Assembly (NCBI GenBank): GCA_965208105.1 | Contig: OZ242318.1 | Location: 2,240,001-2,304,000, forward strand | Direction: 5' to 3' | Source: Candidatus Latescibacterota bacterium | GTDB taxonomy: Bacteria > Latescibacterota > UBA2968 > UBA8231 | Length of the DNA: 64,000 bases | In this document: in pieces, positions 18,509 to 28,646 of the stretch | Numbering within the stretch: position 1 is the stretch's first letter | Layout of the letters: each line of letters begins with the position of its first letter | Made by a program: the position numbers and the translations under genes | Notes under the pieces: generated by a model | Databases searched by the model: none | What the model saw: only the letters and a program-made list of their open reading frames with translations | Told to the model about the DNA's origin: nothing

Positions 18509-18609
18509 ACTACCTCCTCTTGACCCTCGTGCCCGAAGGCATTTAATAGGTTCCAGCTTGCGGCCCTCGAACCGCGCAGCCCGACCTTTGCTCGAAGGGA
18601 GAAGAACCC

Positions 18610-19728
18610 ATGCAGGTAACGGATATCAAGGTATATCCCGTCAAGTCCTATCGCAACAGCGGCATCCCCTCGCCTTGGATTCTGCTGCAGGTGTTCACCG
18701 ACGAAGGCCTGGTGGGGGTGGGGGACGCGACCAACTGGCCCGGCGGTCGGATCATCGCCAGGGCCATCGAGGAACTCGGCAGCCTGGTGATCGGAGAGGA
18801 CCCCTTTCACATCGAGTACCTCTACCACCGCATGTATCACGCCCTGCACCAGATCGGCCAGACCGGGGCGGTGATAGCCGCCATCAGCGGCATCGAAATC
18901 GCGCTGTGGGACATCGTGGGAAAGGCCCTAGGCCGCCCCATCTACGACCTCCTGGGCGGCCCCTGCCGCGACCGCGTGAGGTTCTACAGCCACGCCGACC
19001 AGCCCCAGGGCTGCGTCCGTCTGGCGCAGAAGGGTTGCACTGCCATCAAGGCCTACTTCCCCGGCGGGCGGCCGCGCCGGGGCGAGCGTATCGAGATTCC
19101 GACCTCAATCACCCTGGGCGATGAAATGAAAGCCCTGGAGCACATGCGCCACTGCCGCCGGGCGGTGGGGGACGAGGTGGACATCGCCACCGATCTGGGG
19201 GCGCGCTACACCACCAGCGCGGCCATCCGCCTGGGGCGGCGGCTGGAGGAGATCGGGCTGCTGTTCTTCGAGGAGCCCGTTGGACCGGAGAACATCGATG
19301 CCCTGGCCAAGGTGAGGGCGGCCATAAACGCGCCCGTCTGCGTCGGCGAGCGGCGCTACACCCGCTTCGGCTTCCGCGACCTGATCGCGGCCCAGGCGGT
19401 AGACATGATCATGCCCGACGTGGTCCGCGCCGGCGGCATTCTGGAGACCAAGAAGATCGCCGCCATGGCCGAGAGCTACTACATGCAGGTATCTCCCCAC
19501 AATCCCAACAGCGCCGTCTCCACTCTCGCCAGCCTGCAGTTGATGGCCAATATCCCCAACGGCCTGGTGCTGGAATACGTCGATGACGAACAGGACGCCC
19601 CCTGGCGCAACGATCTGCTCAGCCACCCTCCGCAAGTGGAAGACGGCTGCCTTCTCGTCCCCGCCAGGCCGGGCCTTGGCACCGAGCTGGTGATGAAAGA
19701 AGTGGAGAAGTACCGCTTCGAGGGCTGA
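18610..19728 (+). CDS. Mandelate racemase/MLE-family enzyme (acid-sugar dehydratase-like)
   Basis: SGIEIALWDI.GK..G.P.Y.LLGG; metal ligands D, E (FEEP), E (GER); MPD and SPH dyad; PGLG. Confidence 0.9.
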   Translation: MQVTDIKVYPVKSYRNSGIPSPWILLQVFTDEGLVGVGDATNWPGGRIIARAIEELGSLVIGEDPFHIEYLYHRMYHALHQIGQTGAVIAAISGIEIALWDIVGKALGRPIYDLLGGPCRDRVRFYSHADQPQGCVRLAQKGCTAIKAYFPGGRPRRGERIEIPTSITLGDEMKALEHMRHCRRAVGDEVDIATDLGARYTTSAAIRLGRRLEEIGLLFFEEPVGPENIDALAKVRAAINAPVCVGERRYTRFGFRDLIAAQAVDMIMPDVVRAGGILETKKIAAMAESYYMQVSPHNPNSAVSTLASLQLMANIPNGLVLEYVDDEQDAPWRNDLLSHPPQVEDGCLLVPARPGLGTELVMKEVEKYRFEG

Positions 19729-19827
19729 AGTAACGGGAAAGCGCGGGGAGGTGTCACAGCCAACGGGACCAGGTTGCGGGCCCCGCGGTGCTCAGTGGCC
19801 GCGCCTTGGCTGCCACCTCGCCCGGGC

Positions 19828-20823
19828 TCAGCGGCAAACGGAAAATTCGCTGCTCTCCCGGTCGTAAATCAGCTTCTTGCCGGCGCACAGTTCGTCGGCA
19901 TCCACCCCGATCAGGCGCAATGGATTGTAAAACCCCAGAAGATGGAGATCGGCCCCGGTGAGAAATCCCAGGGAGGAGAGGTGGTTCATCGCCGCCAGCA
20001 TGTCCATGCCGGCGCCGGCGAGACAGTCCCGCTGTGGGTTGTAGACCCGCCCCGACCGCTCCAGCACGACCCGGCTGCCCCAGTAGTGGTATTCTCCGGG
20101 AGGAAGCCCGGCCAGGGGCGACAGGTCGCTGGTGACCACCGTGGTGTCAATGCCCTTGGCGCGCAGAACCACCTTGAGCAGGGACGGAGGCAGGTGATGG
20201 CCGTCGGCGATGATCATGGCCATCAGGCCGTCGTTGGCGAGGCCGGCCCAGATGGGATTGTGGTGGCGGTGGAGCTCGTTGGCCAGGCCGTTTCCCAGGT
20301 GGGTGAGGGCCCGGGCACCGGCGCCGGCCATTCGGGCGAGATCCTCCTCGGAAAAGGCGGAGTGCCCCACGGACACCACCATGCCCAGGTCGCGGGCGCA
20401 GTGGGCAAGCTCCTCCGCTCCGGGCAGCTCGGCCGCCAGGGTGAGCATGCGGATGTTCCCCCGGGCCCATTCCTGCATCCGCAGCAGCAGCGAAGGATCG
20501 GGCGGGCGCACGTGGCGCCCATCGTGGGCGCCCACGAAACCAGGTTCTCTGCTGATGAAAGGACCCTCCAGGTGGATGCCGGGCAATCTGCCGCGGAATT
20601 CACCGGACTCGATCGCGTCCGCGATCAGGGCGAGGTTGCGCCTGTATACCGCCAGCGGGCAGGTGACCAGGGTAGGCAGAAAGGCGGCCGTGCCCCTCTC
20701 CAGGAGATAGTTGCAGGCCTGGGCGAATTTGTCCCTGGTGAGCTCCGGGCTGGAGAAATCCGCGCCCATGGCGCCGTTGACCTGCAGGTCGACGAAACCG
20801 GGAATGGAACCTTCGGCGCTCAT
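19828..20823 (-). CDS. nagA: N-acetylglucosamine-6-phosphate deacetylase
   Basis: [39 protein letters not shown]; ATGA overlap with the nagB stop. Confidence 0.9.
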   Translation of the reverse strand: MSAEGSIPGFVDLQVNGAMGADFSSPELTRDKFAQACNYLLERGTAAFLPTLVTCPLAVYRRNLALIADAIESGEFRGRLPGIHLEGPFISREPGFVGAHDGRHVRPPDPSLLLRMQEWARGNIRMLTLAAELPGAEELAHCARDLGMVVSVGHSAFSEEDLARMAGAGARALTHLGNGLANELHRHHNPIWAGLANDGLMAMIIADGHHLPPSLLKVVLRAKGIDTTVVTSDLSPLAGLPPGEYHYWGSRVVLERSGRVYNPQRDCLAGAGMDMLAAMNHLSSLGFLTGADLHLLGFYNPLRLIGVDADELCAGKKLIYDRESSEFSVCR

Positions 20824-21563
20824 GACCGCCGGCTCAGCAGGGACAGGGCCGGCTCGTCGGCAAAGAGCCGGGCATCGGGGTGTCGCTGCAGGATGGAGGC
20901 GGGGACCGTGTCGACCACCTCTCCTTCGAGGGCATGCTTCAGCGCCCGCGCCTTGCGCCGGTCGGGAACGGTGCATACGATGCAGCGCGCCTTCATGATC
21001 TGCCGCACGCTCATGGAGATGGCTCGTTCAGGCACATCGTCCATGGAGGAAAACCAGCCCTCCCCCACCTGCTGCCGGCGGCAGGCTTCGTCCAGCTCCA
21101 CGACGATGAAGGGATCCTCCACGGTGAAGTCAGCCGGGGGATCGTTGAAGGCGATGTGGCCGTTCTCGCCTATGCCGATGCAGGCCAGGTCGATGCGCGC
21201 GCCTTGAATGAGGGCGCCCAGGCGGCGGCACTCAGCGACCGGGTCGGCAGCCTCGCCGTCGATGTAGTGGAACCTGCGCAAGGCCGGGACCTTGGCCGCG
21301 AAGCGGTCGCGCAAATACCTCCTGAAGCTGGCGGGATGATCCAGGGGGAGTCCGACGTACTCGTCCAGATGGAAGACCGTCACCCTGGACCAGTCCACCT
21401 CCCGCAGCACCAGGCTGGAAAGCATCTCGAACTGACTGGCGCCCGTGGCCAGCACCAGGTGGGCTTCTCCGCGGTCCTCGACGGCCTGGTTGATAATCCC
21501 GGCGGCGCAGGCGGCCGCAGCCCTTCCCATTTCATTCTTGGTGGTGAACGCGCGAACTTCCAC
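20820..21563 (-). CDS. nagB: Glucosamine-6-phosphate deaminase
   Basis: [39 protein letters not shown]. Confidence 0.92.
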   Translation of the reverse strand: MEVRAFTTKNEMGRAAAACAAGIINQAVEDRGEAHLVLATGASQFEMLSSLVLREVDWSRVTVFHLDEYVGLPLDHPASFRRYLRDRFAAKVPALRRFHYIDGEAADPVAECRRLGALIQGARIDLACIGIGENGHIAFNDPPADFTVEDPFIVVELDEACRRQQVGEGWFSSMDDVPERAISMSVRQIMKARCIVCTVPDRRKARALKHALEGEVVDTVPASILQRHPDARLFADEPALSLLSRRS

Positions 21564-21961
21564 CGCGACGGTCTCCCTCTCGATACGGTGAAAAAACGTG
21601 GGGTGTCAAAAGACTCCCGAATCCTGGTGGAAATGTAAGAGGCGTCCCTGCCGGGTCAACTAATCCGCAACGGGGCGGCTTGCAGCGCATCGGCGGCGAC
21701 CGTGGAGAGATCGCCATCGATACCGGGGCCGGCGGGGTGCGCCTTGCGGGCAACTGACCCTCGCGGTCCTGGAGGGTCGAGGATCTGTGCCGTACCACGA
21801 ATCCCGTTCCGGGCGGCGGTCGAATTAGCGGTCAATTATGCTGTCATAAAACGGTGTAATTTGTCTCGTATACTTGCTTTTACGATATAGATACTATTAA
21901 TTTTAAATAGGTTACAACTTTATGTTTCCCGCCAGGTTGATTGTCAAATAAGAGGCCAAAT

Positions 21962-23152
21962 ATGAACTGGGAAAAGTTTTCTTTTGACTTCCGCTTCGAC
22001 CCGAAAGATCTCTTTCACGATCTTGTCGCCATAGAAGCCTATAAAGAGGCTTCCATGAATCTGGCGTTTCCCCAGGAGTGGCAACGGCAACTCGACCGGC
22101 TGAATCGAGTGCGCGCGGTACATGGAACGACTGCCATAGAAGGCAATCCCCTTTCCGAGGCAGAAGTCGCCCTGCAGATGGAGCGTCTCGAACAACAAGA
22201 CCATGACGACAGAAAAACTGCGACAAAGGAACAGTTGCAGATCAGGAATGCCGGGGAAGCTCAGACCTGGGTGAGACAACGGTTCCTTCCAAACAGTCAG
22301 CCTGTTGGCCTGGGAGACATCTGCAAGATGCACGAAATGATCACCCGGGATTCGGATACGGTCAACAATATCCCCGGAAGATTCCGCGATTTTCCAGTGG
22401 TGGTGGGGACGGATGATCTGGGAGGAGTGCACAGAGGCGCCCCACACGAAAGGCTGCCGCGCTTAACGGAGGACTATATCCGCTTTATCAACTCTCCCGA
22501 CCTCGAAGGTAATCATCCGGTTATACGCGCATTACTCGCCCACTTCTTCCTGGTGACCATTCACCCCTTCGGAGACGGAAACGGCAGAGTCTCCCGGCTC
22601 GTCGAAGCGGGCATCCTCTTTCAGCGCGGGTATAATGTCCATGGATTTTACGGGCTCTCCAACTACTTCTACCGTCACGAAGAGCAATACAAATCAATCC
22701 TCCAACAGTGCCGGAAAATTCAGCCCTTCGATTTGACGCCATTCATCCGCTTTGGGGTGGTCGGCTTTGCGAGCGAACTCAAAGGTATAAACAATTTCAT
22801 CAAAGCACGGATCAATCGGCTGGTATACCGGACGATGATTGTCCGTGCTTTCAATAAAAAGACGGGGGTCCGGCGCCGGCTCCTGAATCAAAGAGAATAC
22901 AATCTCCTCGACTTTCTCCTGAGCGAGACCGAGCCGGCAGATCCCTTCTCGGATATCCCGTCCCGCAGAATCGAGCTGTCAGAGTTAATGGAATCCAGTT
23001 ACGTGCGGTCGGCGTACCAGAATGTCACCTGGCGAACTTTTCAGAGGGAGTTGATACGGCTGAGTGAATTGGGGTTTATCCGCTTTGCCAGGGATGAGTC
23101 GGTTCAGGACTGGGTCGTGGAATTGGATTTCGCCGCCATCTCAAAATACTGA
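21962..23152 (+). CDS. Fic family protein (class II, N-terminal inhibitory motif, C-terminal wHTH-like region)
   Basis: Canonical HPFGDGNGRVSR; inhibitory TTAIEGN; lower GC than the flanks. Confidence 0.93.
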   Translation: MNWEKFSFDFRFDPKDLFHDLVAIEAYKEASMNLAFPQEWQRQLDRLNRVRAVHGTTAIEGNPLSEAEVALQMERLEQQDHDDRKTATKEQLQIRNAGEAQTWVRQRFLPNSQPVGLGDICKMHEMITRDSDTVNNIPGRFRDFPVVVGTDDLGGVHRGAPHERLPRLTEDYIRFINSPDLEGNHPVIRALLAHFFLVTIHPFGDGNGRVSRLVEAGILFQRGYNVHGFYGLSNYFYRHEEQYKSILQQCRKIQPFDLTPFIRFGVVGFASELKGINNFIKARINRLVYRTMIVRAFNKKTGVRRRLLNQREYNLLDFLLSETEPADPFSDIPSRRIELSELMESSYVRSAYQNVTWRTFQRELIRLSELGFIRFARDESVQDWVVELDFAAISKY

Positions 23153-23188
23153 CGGCGGAACGGCGTCCCGGCGTACGCAAGCTCCGCC

Positions 23189-24529
23189 TTAAAACCTCAA
23201 GGTGAAAACCGTTTCCTGGTCGGCTCCGGAGCGGGCGCTGATGGTCCCCCGGTGCAGACGCATGATCTGCCGGCACAGGCTCAACCCGATTCCGGAGCCC
23301 TCCCGCTTGGTAGTGAAGAACGGAATGAAGATCTTCTCCAGGGCTTCCTCCGTAATTCCCGCACCGTTGTCGCTAACTTCTATGGCGATCCGCCCCCCGG
23401 CGTCCATCCTTCCCTTCAGTGCGATCCGCGCCCGGTCCCGTCCTTCCACGGCCTGGATGGCATTCTGCAGCAGATTGATCAGAACCTGGTCGATCTGCTC
23501 GGGGTCGGCGCTCAACTCCAGACTCTCGGGCTCGACCTCGCTGCGGAAGTCGATGTGAGCCTGCCTCAACGAGGTGCGCATTAGCTGCTCTACCCGGTCG
23601 AAAAGCTCGGTCAGGGGAAAGATCTGGAAGTCGGGAGTGGGCAGGCGGGTGAGCTTCCTGTAGTCCTGGACGAAGTGGAGGAGGCCCTCGCTGCGCCGCT
23701 GGATGGTGTGCACCGCGTCGCGCACGTCGCCCACGGTTTCGAGATCGAATCCGCCGTTTTCGGCCTCACTGTTCAGCATGGTGTCCGCCGTGGATGCCAG
23801 GGAGGCGATGGGGGTGATGGAGTTCATGATCTCGTGGGTGAGGACGCGGATGAGGTTCTGCCAGGCCTCTACTTCCTTCTCTTCAAGCTCGCTCTGGATG
23901 TTCTGCAGAGAGATCAGAGTGTACTGCTGTCCGTGCAGGCGGAAGGCGGTGGCGGACACGGCCAACTGCAGCGGCTCGCCCCTGCTTTCGATTTTGAGCA
24001 GGGTCTTCTCCTGCGGCTTGAGCTGCAGCAGGGTCCGCACCTGGTCGGCGCTGAGCACCTTCAGGGCGCGCATGTTCTTCACCTGGCCCACTTCCAGAAG
24101 ACGCTGGGCCGCGGTGTTGATCAGGTCCACCGCGCCGTCCGGGCGGAAGGCGACGAGGCCGACGCCCACGTGCTGCACCACGGTCTGCAGGTAGCGGAAA
24201 TGCTCCTCTTTTTCGGCGCGGGTGCGGCGGAAAGCGTCCAGGACCTCGTTGAAGGTATGGCGCAATTCGTCGAAGGACGATCCCGCCCCGGCGCCGCCAA
24301 AGGTCTGGGAGAAGTCGGAGTATTTTATGGTCTCGAAGAAGCGGCTCAAATCGCGGTTGGTGGTTTCAACGTAGCGAATCAGAGCGTAGATCTGGTAAAC
24401 CGCGAGCAAGCCCGCGACCAGGGCGGCGACGCGGGAGCCCTCGAGCAAGACATAGAAGAAGAGGCCGAGGCTGGCGCCGAGGAGCACAATGCGGCCGACG
24501 CACTGAATGCGGAAGCGCCTATAGACCAT
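23189..24529 (-). CDS. Sensor histidine kinase (2 TM, PAS-like, HisKA/HATPase)
   Basis: [13 protein letters not shown]-box, NLLQNA, DNG.G, FFTTK, GSGIGL; overlaps the regulator stop. Confidence 0.95.
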   Translation of the reverse strand: MVYRRFRIQCVGRIVLLGASLGLFFYVLLEGSRVAALVAGLLAVYQIYALIRYVETTNRDLSRFFETIKYSDFSQTFGGAGAGSSFDELRHTFNEVLDAFRRTRAEKEEHFRYLQTVVQHVGVGLVAFRPDGAVDLINTAAQRLLEVGQVKNMRALKVLSADQVRTLLQLKPQEKTLLKIESRGEPLQLAVSATAFRLHGQQYTLISLQNIQSELEEKEVEAWQNLIRVLTHEIMNSITPIASLASTADTMLNSEAENGGFDLETVGDVRDAVHTIQRRSEGLLHFVQDYRKLTRLPTPDFQIFPLTELFDRVEQLMRTSLRQAHIDFRSEVEPESLELSADPEQIDQVLINLLQNAIQAVEGRDRARIALKGRMDAGGRIAIEVSDNGAGITEEALEKIFIPFFTTKREGSGIGLSLCRQIMRLHRGTISARSGADQETVFTLRF

Positions 24530-25898
24530 ACTTCTCCATGCGGCGGTAGAGGGAGGTGCGAGTCAGCCCCAGTTCCCGCGCCGCCCGGCTGACGTTGCCC
24601 CTGTACTGCTGCAGCGCCATGCCGATCACCTGCTTTTCCATCTCTTCCAGGTTGTAGCTGGCAAAGCCCGTGTCTCCTTCCACCTTCTGGTCCGCGGCCG
24701 AGAGCAGGAAATCCTCGGGCCGCAGGGTGGAGTCCTCGTTCATGATGAGGGCGCGTTCGGCGGCGTGCTGGAGCTCGCGCACGTTGCCGGGCCAATGGTA
24801 TTGCTCCAGCTTGCTGCGCCCCGCCGAACTCAACTTTTTCTCCGGCTTCTTGTACTTCATTGCGTAGACCTTCAGGAAGTGGTCGAGCAGCAGCGGGATG
24901 TCCTCCGGGCGCTGGCGCAGAGGCGGCAGGTGAATCTCCACGGTGTTGATGCGGTAGAGCAGGTCCTGGCGGAACTGCCGCGAGGCGGCCATGTCGCCAA
25001 TGGGCATGTTGGTGGCGCAGATGAGACGAACGTCGACGGCCACCGGCTCGTTGGCGCCCAGGGGAGTGATCCGGCGATTCTGCAGGGCGCTGAGGAGTTT
25101 GGCCTGCAGGGACAGGGAGAGGTTGCCGATCTCGTCGAGGAAGAGGGTGCCGCCCGAGGCAATCTCGAAGCGCCCGGCGCGGTCAGCCTTGGCATCGGTG
25201 AAGGCCCCCTTGACGTGGCCGAAGAGCTCGCTTTCGAAGAGGGTCTCGCTGAGACCTCCCATGTCCACCCCGATGAAGACCTCGTCGGCGCGCAGTGACT
25301 GGCGATGGATCTCGTGGGCGACCAACTCCTTGCCGGTGCCGTTTTCGCCCAGGATGAGGACATTGGCGTCGGTGGCGGCGACCTTGCGGATGGTGGCGAA
25401 GACCTCCTGCATGGCGGGGGACCGGCCGATGAATTCGCTGAAGGGCTGGGCCAGATCGGCGCTGAGCTGCCGCTGACGGGAGCGCAGGCGCTGGGCCTCC
25501 CGGCGCGCCTGGCGCAGGCTCACCGCCGCCGAGAGGGTGGCCAGGAGCTTTTCGTTGTTCCAGGGCTTGAGGACGAAGTCGGTGGCCCCCGCCTTGATGG
25601 CGCGCACCGCCATTTCCACGTCCCCATAGGCGGTGGTGAGCACCACAACCGCTTCCGGGTCCAGGGCGCGGATCTCCTGGAGCCAGTAAAACCCCTCGCG
25701 GCCGCTGCTGGCGTCCTGGGTAAAGTTCATGTCCAGCAGAATGACGTCCCAGGACGCGGCCCGAAGCCGAGCCGGAATGCGGCGGGGATCTTTTTCGCAG
25801 TGGACCTCGTAGTTGTGCTGCTGGAGCAGAAGACGCGCGGCCAGAAGTACGTCGTCGTCGTCGTCGACGATGAGGATTTTTTCAGCATTCTGGGTCAT
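24519..25898 (-). CDS. Sigma-54-dependent NtrC-family response regulator
   Basis: Receiver (VDDD, LLDMN, LKP); AAA+ (GENGTGKE, GAFTDA, FLDEIG, FR.DL.YR, WPGNVREL); Fis-type HTH. Confidence 0.96.
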   Translation of the reverse strand: MTQNAEKILIVDDDDDVLLAARLLLQQHNYEVHCEKDPRRIPARLRAASWDVILLDMNFTQDASSGREGFYWLQEIRALDPEAVVVLTTAYGDVEMAVRAIKAGATDFVLKPWNNEKLLATLSAAVSLRQARREAQRLRSRQRQLSADLAQPFSEFIGRSPAMQEVFATIRKVAATDANVLILGENGTGKELVAHEIHRQSLRADEVFIGVDMGGLSETLFESELFGHVKGAFTDAKADRAGRFEIASGGTLFLDEIGNLSLSLQAKLLSALQNRRITPLGANEPVAVDVRLICATNMPIGDMAASRQFRQDLLYRINTVEIHLPPLRQRPEDIPLLLDHFLKVYAMKYKKPEKKLSSAGRSKLEQYHWPGNVRELQHAAERALIMNEDSTLRPEDFLLSAADQKVEGDTGFASYNLEEMEKQVIGMALQQYRGNVSRAARELGLTRTSLYRRMEKYGL

Positions 25899-25967
25899 GT
25901 ATATTCCTCTGACAGCAAGATAGCACGGATTAGAGCGCAAACCAAATCCGCGGAAGGCACGTGGAAA

Positions 25968-26087
25968 TGTCCGCAGGCGTACACCGGATGTATCACCAGC
26001 GGACACCCCGGCAATGGGAGCTCAAAGTGATATTCTCTGTAAGTCTTTTAAAAACAGATGCAGATTGATTATGGCACGGTTGTTGCA
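25968..26087 (+). promoter_or_regulatory. Sigma-54 promoter module P1: tandem enhancer sites, IHF-like site, -24/-12
   Basis: TGTCCGCAGGCGTACA (25968-25983), TGTATCACCAGCGGACA (25989-26005), AT-rich CTGTAAGTCTTTTAAAAACAG (26037-26057), perfect TGGCACGGTTGTTGCA (26072-26087). Confidence 0.88.
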
Positions 26088-26163
26088 ATAGATTGCAATA
26101 GCTATCTCAATCAGATATGCTCACAATCCTCAAGCACTCAACGGGGATTCGGGAAGTTACCCT

Positions 26164-28569
26164 ATGTGGAAGAGCAACCTGATCATTGCCCTGCGCGTTT
26201 TGAGGCTCAACAAGACGATCTCGCTGATCAACATCGCCGGCCTGTCCGTGGCCTTTGCCGTGGCGGTCCTGTGTCTGCTGTTCGTGCGCCACGAGACATC
26301 TTTCGACGCTTGGCACGAAAAAGGGGACCGGATATTCGCCATCTATCTTGATCGGCTTGACGCCGACCCCAGTAGTGGCTCTTTCAACCGCATGATGATG
26401 ATGGGTTACCATCTGCGCGAGGCCGTGCGCAATAAAATCACCGGCATCCGCGAATCGGTTTCCATGATGGAGGGATACGGCAAAGTCTCCTATGGCGATG
26501 CGGACCTTGACGGGGACTTCCTCGCTGTCGATCCAGCCTTCCTCACCATGTTCACCTTGCCGCTGGCCGCGGGCGATGCGGCGACAGCCCTCGACGATCC
26601 CCAGAGCGTTGTTCTCGCCCACGAGACGGCGCATAAGTACTTCGGCCCCGATGTCCCTGCCCACGCCATGCTGGGCGAGCGCATCCGGCTGCACCTGGTC
26701 GAGCGGGACTACTCGACATCGCCATGGAAGGAGACGCCTATCGAGGTGGAGCGCACCATTGCGGGTGTGCTGGCACCTCTGCCGGGGCCTTCTATTTTGC
26801 ATCTGGATATACTCGTGCCCGCAGTAGCGGCTGAGGCGCTGCACTTCAGCGGCCTGGAGGGGCTTTTTGTCGAACTTGAAGAGGGCGTGGAGCCTGCCGA
26901 AGTGGAAGCGCGGCTTGAGCATACCCTGATCTCGCGGGAGGACCGATGGAAGTTGCAGCCTTTTTCAGGCGCTCACTTAGGACCCAGAATAGCGGGACCC
27001 GCCGGCTTCGGCTACGGCACGGTCGAGCATGTCAATCTGCTGGCAGGACTGGCCGCGCTCGTCCTGCTGGTCGCTGCCATCAACTTCGTCAATTTCGCCA
27101 TGAGCCGCGCCATGACGCGGACCTTGGAAGTCGGGGTGCGCAAGGCGATCGGCGCGACACGCCACCAGCTTTCCAACCAATTCCTCGCCGAAGCAATCGT
27201 GGTGAGCCTGATCGCCATCGTCGTTGGTATGGTCCTTGCCGAAGTCCTGTTACCGACCTTTAACGCGGTCGTGCATCAGCGGCTGGACATCGAATGGCTG
27301 TCGGTCGAGACCGGGATAGGCGCCTTGACCCTGGCCTTGGTAGTCGGCGTACTCTCGGGCTTGTATCCTGCCCAAGTCGTTGCTCGGCTTCATCCCGTCT
27401 GGGCACTGGCCGGAAAGACCCCCCAACCCGGTCGCGGTCTGCTCGGCCGCAGTCTGATTGTCGTGCAGTTTGCTCTGTCGGCCCTCCTAGTCGTCGTGAC
27501 GATCACTATGGAGCGACAGCTCGATTTCATGCGCACCAAGGACTTGGGCTTCGACGGCGACCAGGTCGTGCTGGTTTACTCCTCAAAAGGCGATCAAAAT
27601 GCTTTGCAGATCGAGCACCTCGCCCACGAGATCAAGTCCCGGCCAGGACTTGTCAAGGGAGTCTCCGGTGCCTCGCCAGCACCCGGCTTTGGCGCCTCGA
27701 ACCTCAAACTACTCCAGTCCGGTGAGAAAGCACTCCGCGCCAAGCCCTTCTACGTAAGTCCAGACTTTTTGAGCGTCATGGGTATCGAGATCCTCTCCGG
27801 GCAGGACTTCGATCCCAATCTGCCGCACGGTGTCCTGCTCAACGAGACCGCCGCACGCTTCTTCGGCCCTGAAGATCTCATCGGTCGCATCTTGACGCTC
27901 CCTGATGATAACGACGAGCCGGTGACGGTAATCGGCATCGTCGAGGATTTCCACTTCGTAGATATGCGCCATACGATAGGGCCAGCCTTCCTGACGACGC
28001 TTATGCCTAAGACCGACTTGCGGGGAGACTGGTTCATGCACACCCTGTTCCGGCTCGACCGTGCCGACCTGCCCGCGGCGGTCGAGGAGGTGAAGGCGCT
28101 GTGGAAGCGGGTCCTGCCGGAATATGAATTAGACGGCGTGCGCTTCCTCGACGAAGCTTTTGCAGCGAGATACGAGACCGAGCGGCGCGTCGGTCGTGTC
28201 CTGGGATGGATGAGTGCCGTCGCCATTGCGATCTCTTGCATGGGGCTTTTTGGCTTGGTCGCCCTAGCGGCCGTGCGGCGCACCAAGGAAATCGGAATCC
28301 GCAAGGTGCTCGGAGCTACGACCGGCAGCGTGCTGCTGTTGGTGTCGCGCGAATTCGGCTGGCTGGTGGTGGCTAACGTCATTGCCTGGCCGGTTGCCTA
28401 TTTCATCTTGAACCACTGGCTCGCGTTCTACGCCTATCGCATCGACATTGGCTTGTCTTGGTTTGTGCTGGCGGGGGTGGGGGTACTCGCCGTGGCGCTG
28501 GTCACCGTCAGCGGCCAGACGTGGCTGGCTGCGCGGGCAAATCCGGTGGACGCGTTGAGATACGAGTAG
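26164..28569 (+). CDS. MacB/FtsX-type ABC permease (duplicated PCD+FtsX), copy 1
   Basis: 801 aa; INI.GL, NFVN, EVGVRK..GA, DLGFD, RRTKEIGIRKVLGA, NPVDALRYE. Confidence 0.93.
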   Translation: MWKSNLIIALRVLRLNKTISLINIAGLSVAFAVAVLCLLFVRHETSFDAWHEKGDRIFAIYLDRLDADPSSGSFNRMMMMGYHLREAVRNKITGIRESVSMMEGYGKVSYGDADLDGDFLAVDPAFLTMFTLPLAAGDAATALDDPQSVVLAHETAHKYFGPDVPAHAMLGERIRLHLVERDYSTSPWKETPIEVERTIAGVLAPLPGPSILHLDILVPAVAAEALHFSGLEGLFVELEEGVEPAEVEARLEHTLISREDRWKLQPFSGAHLGPRIAGPAGFGYGTVEHVNLLAGLAALVLLVAAINFVNFAMSRAMTRTLEVGVRKAIGATRHQLSNQFLAEAIVVSLIAIVVGMVLAEVLLPTFNAVVHQRLDIEWLSVETGIGALTLALVVGVLSGLYPAQVVARLHPVWALAGKTPQPGRGLLGRSLIVVQFALSALLVVVTITMERQLDFMRTKDLGFDGDQVVLVYSSKGDQNALQIEHLAHEIKSRPGLVKGVSGASPAPGFGASNLKLLQSGEKALRAKPFYVSPDFLSVMGIEILSGQDFDPNLPHGVLLNETAARFFGPEDLIGRILTLPDDNDEPVTVIGIVEDFHFVDMRHTIGPAFLTTLMPKTDLRGDWFMHTLFRLDRADLPAAVEEVKALWKRVLPEYELDGVRFLDEAFAARYETERRVGRVLGWMSAVAIAISCMGLFGLVALAAVRRTKEIGIRKVLGATTGSVLLLVSREFGWLVVANVIAWPVAYFILNHWLAFYAYRIDIGLSWFVLAGVGVLAVALVTVSGQTWLAARANPVDALRYE

Positions 28570-28646
28570 CAGGTGGAACTTCCGCCAACATTTGCAGAAA
28601 TGAATAACGACGGTTACCAGGATCCCCCGGAGGTGGTCTTAACGAG

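Noticed and set aside
23153-23188. attC site after the Fic gene
   Set aside because: A short GGCGGA/TCCGCC hairpin without RYYYAAC/GTTRRRY boxes or an integrase; more likely a terminator-like stem.
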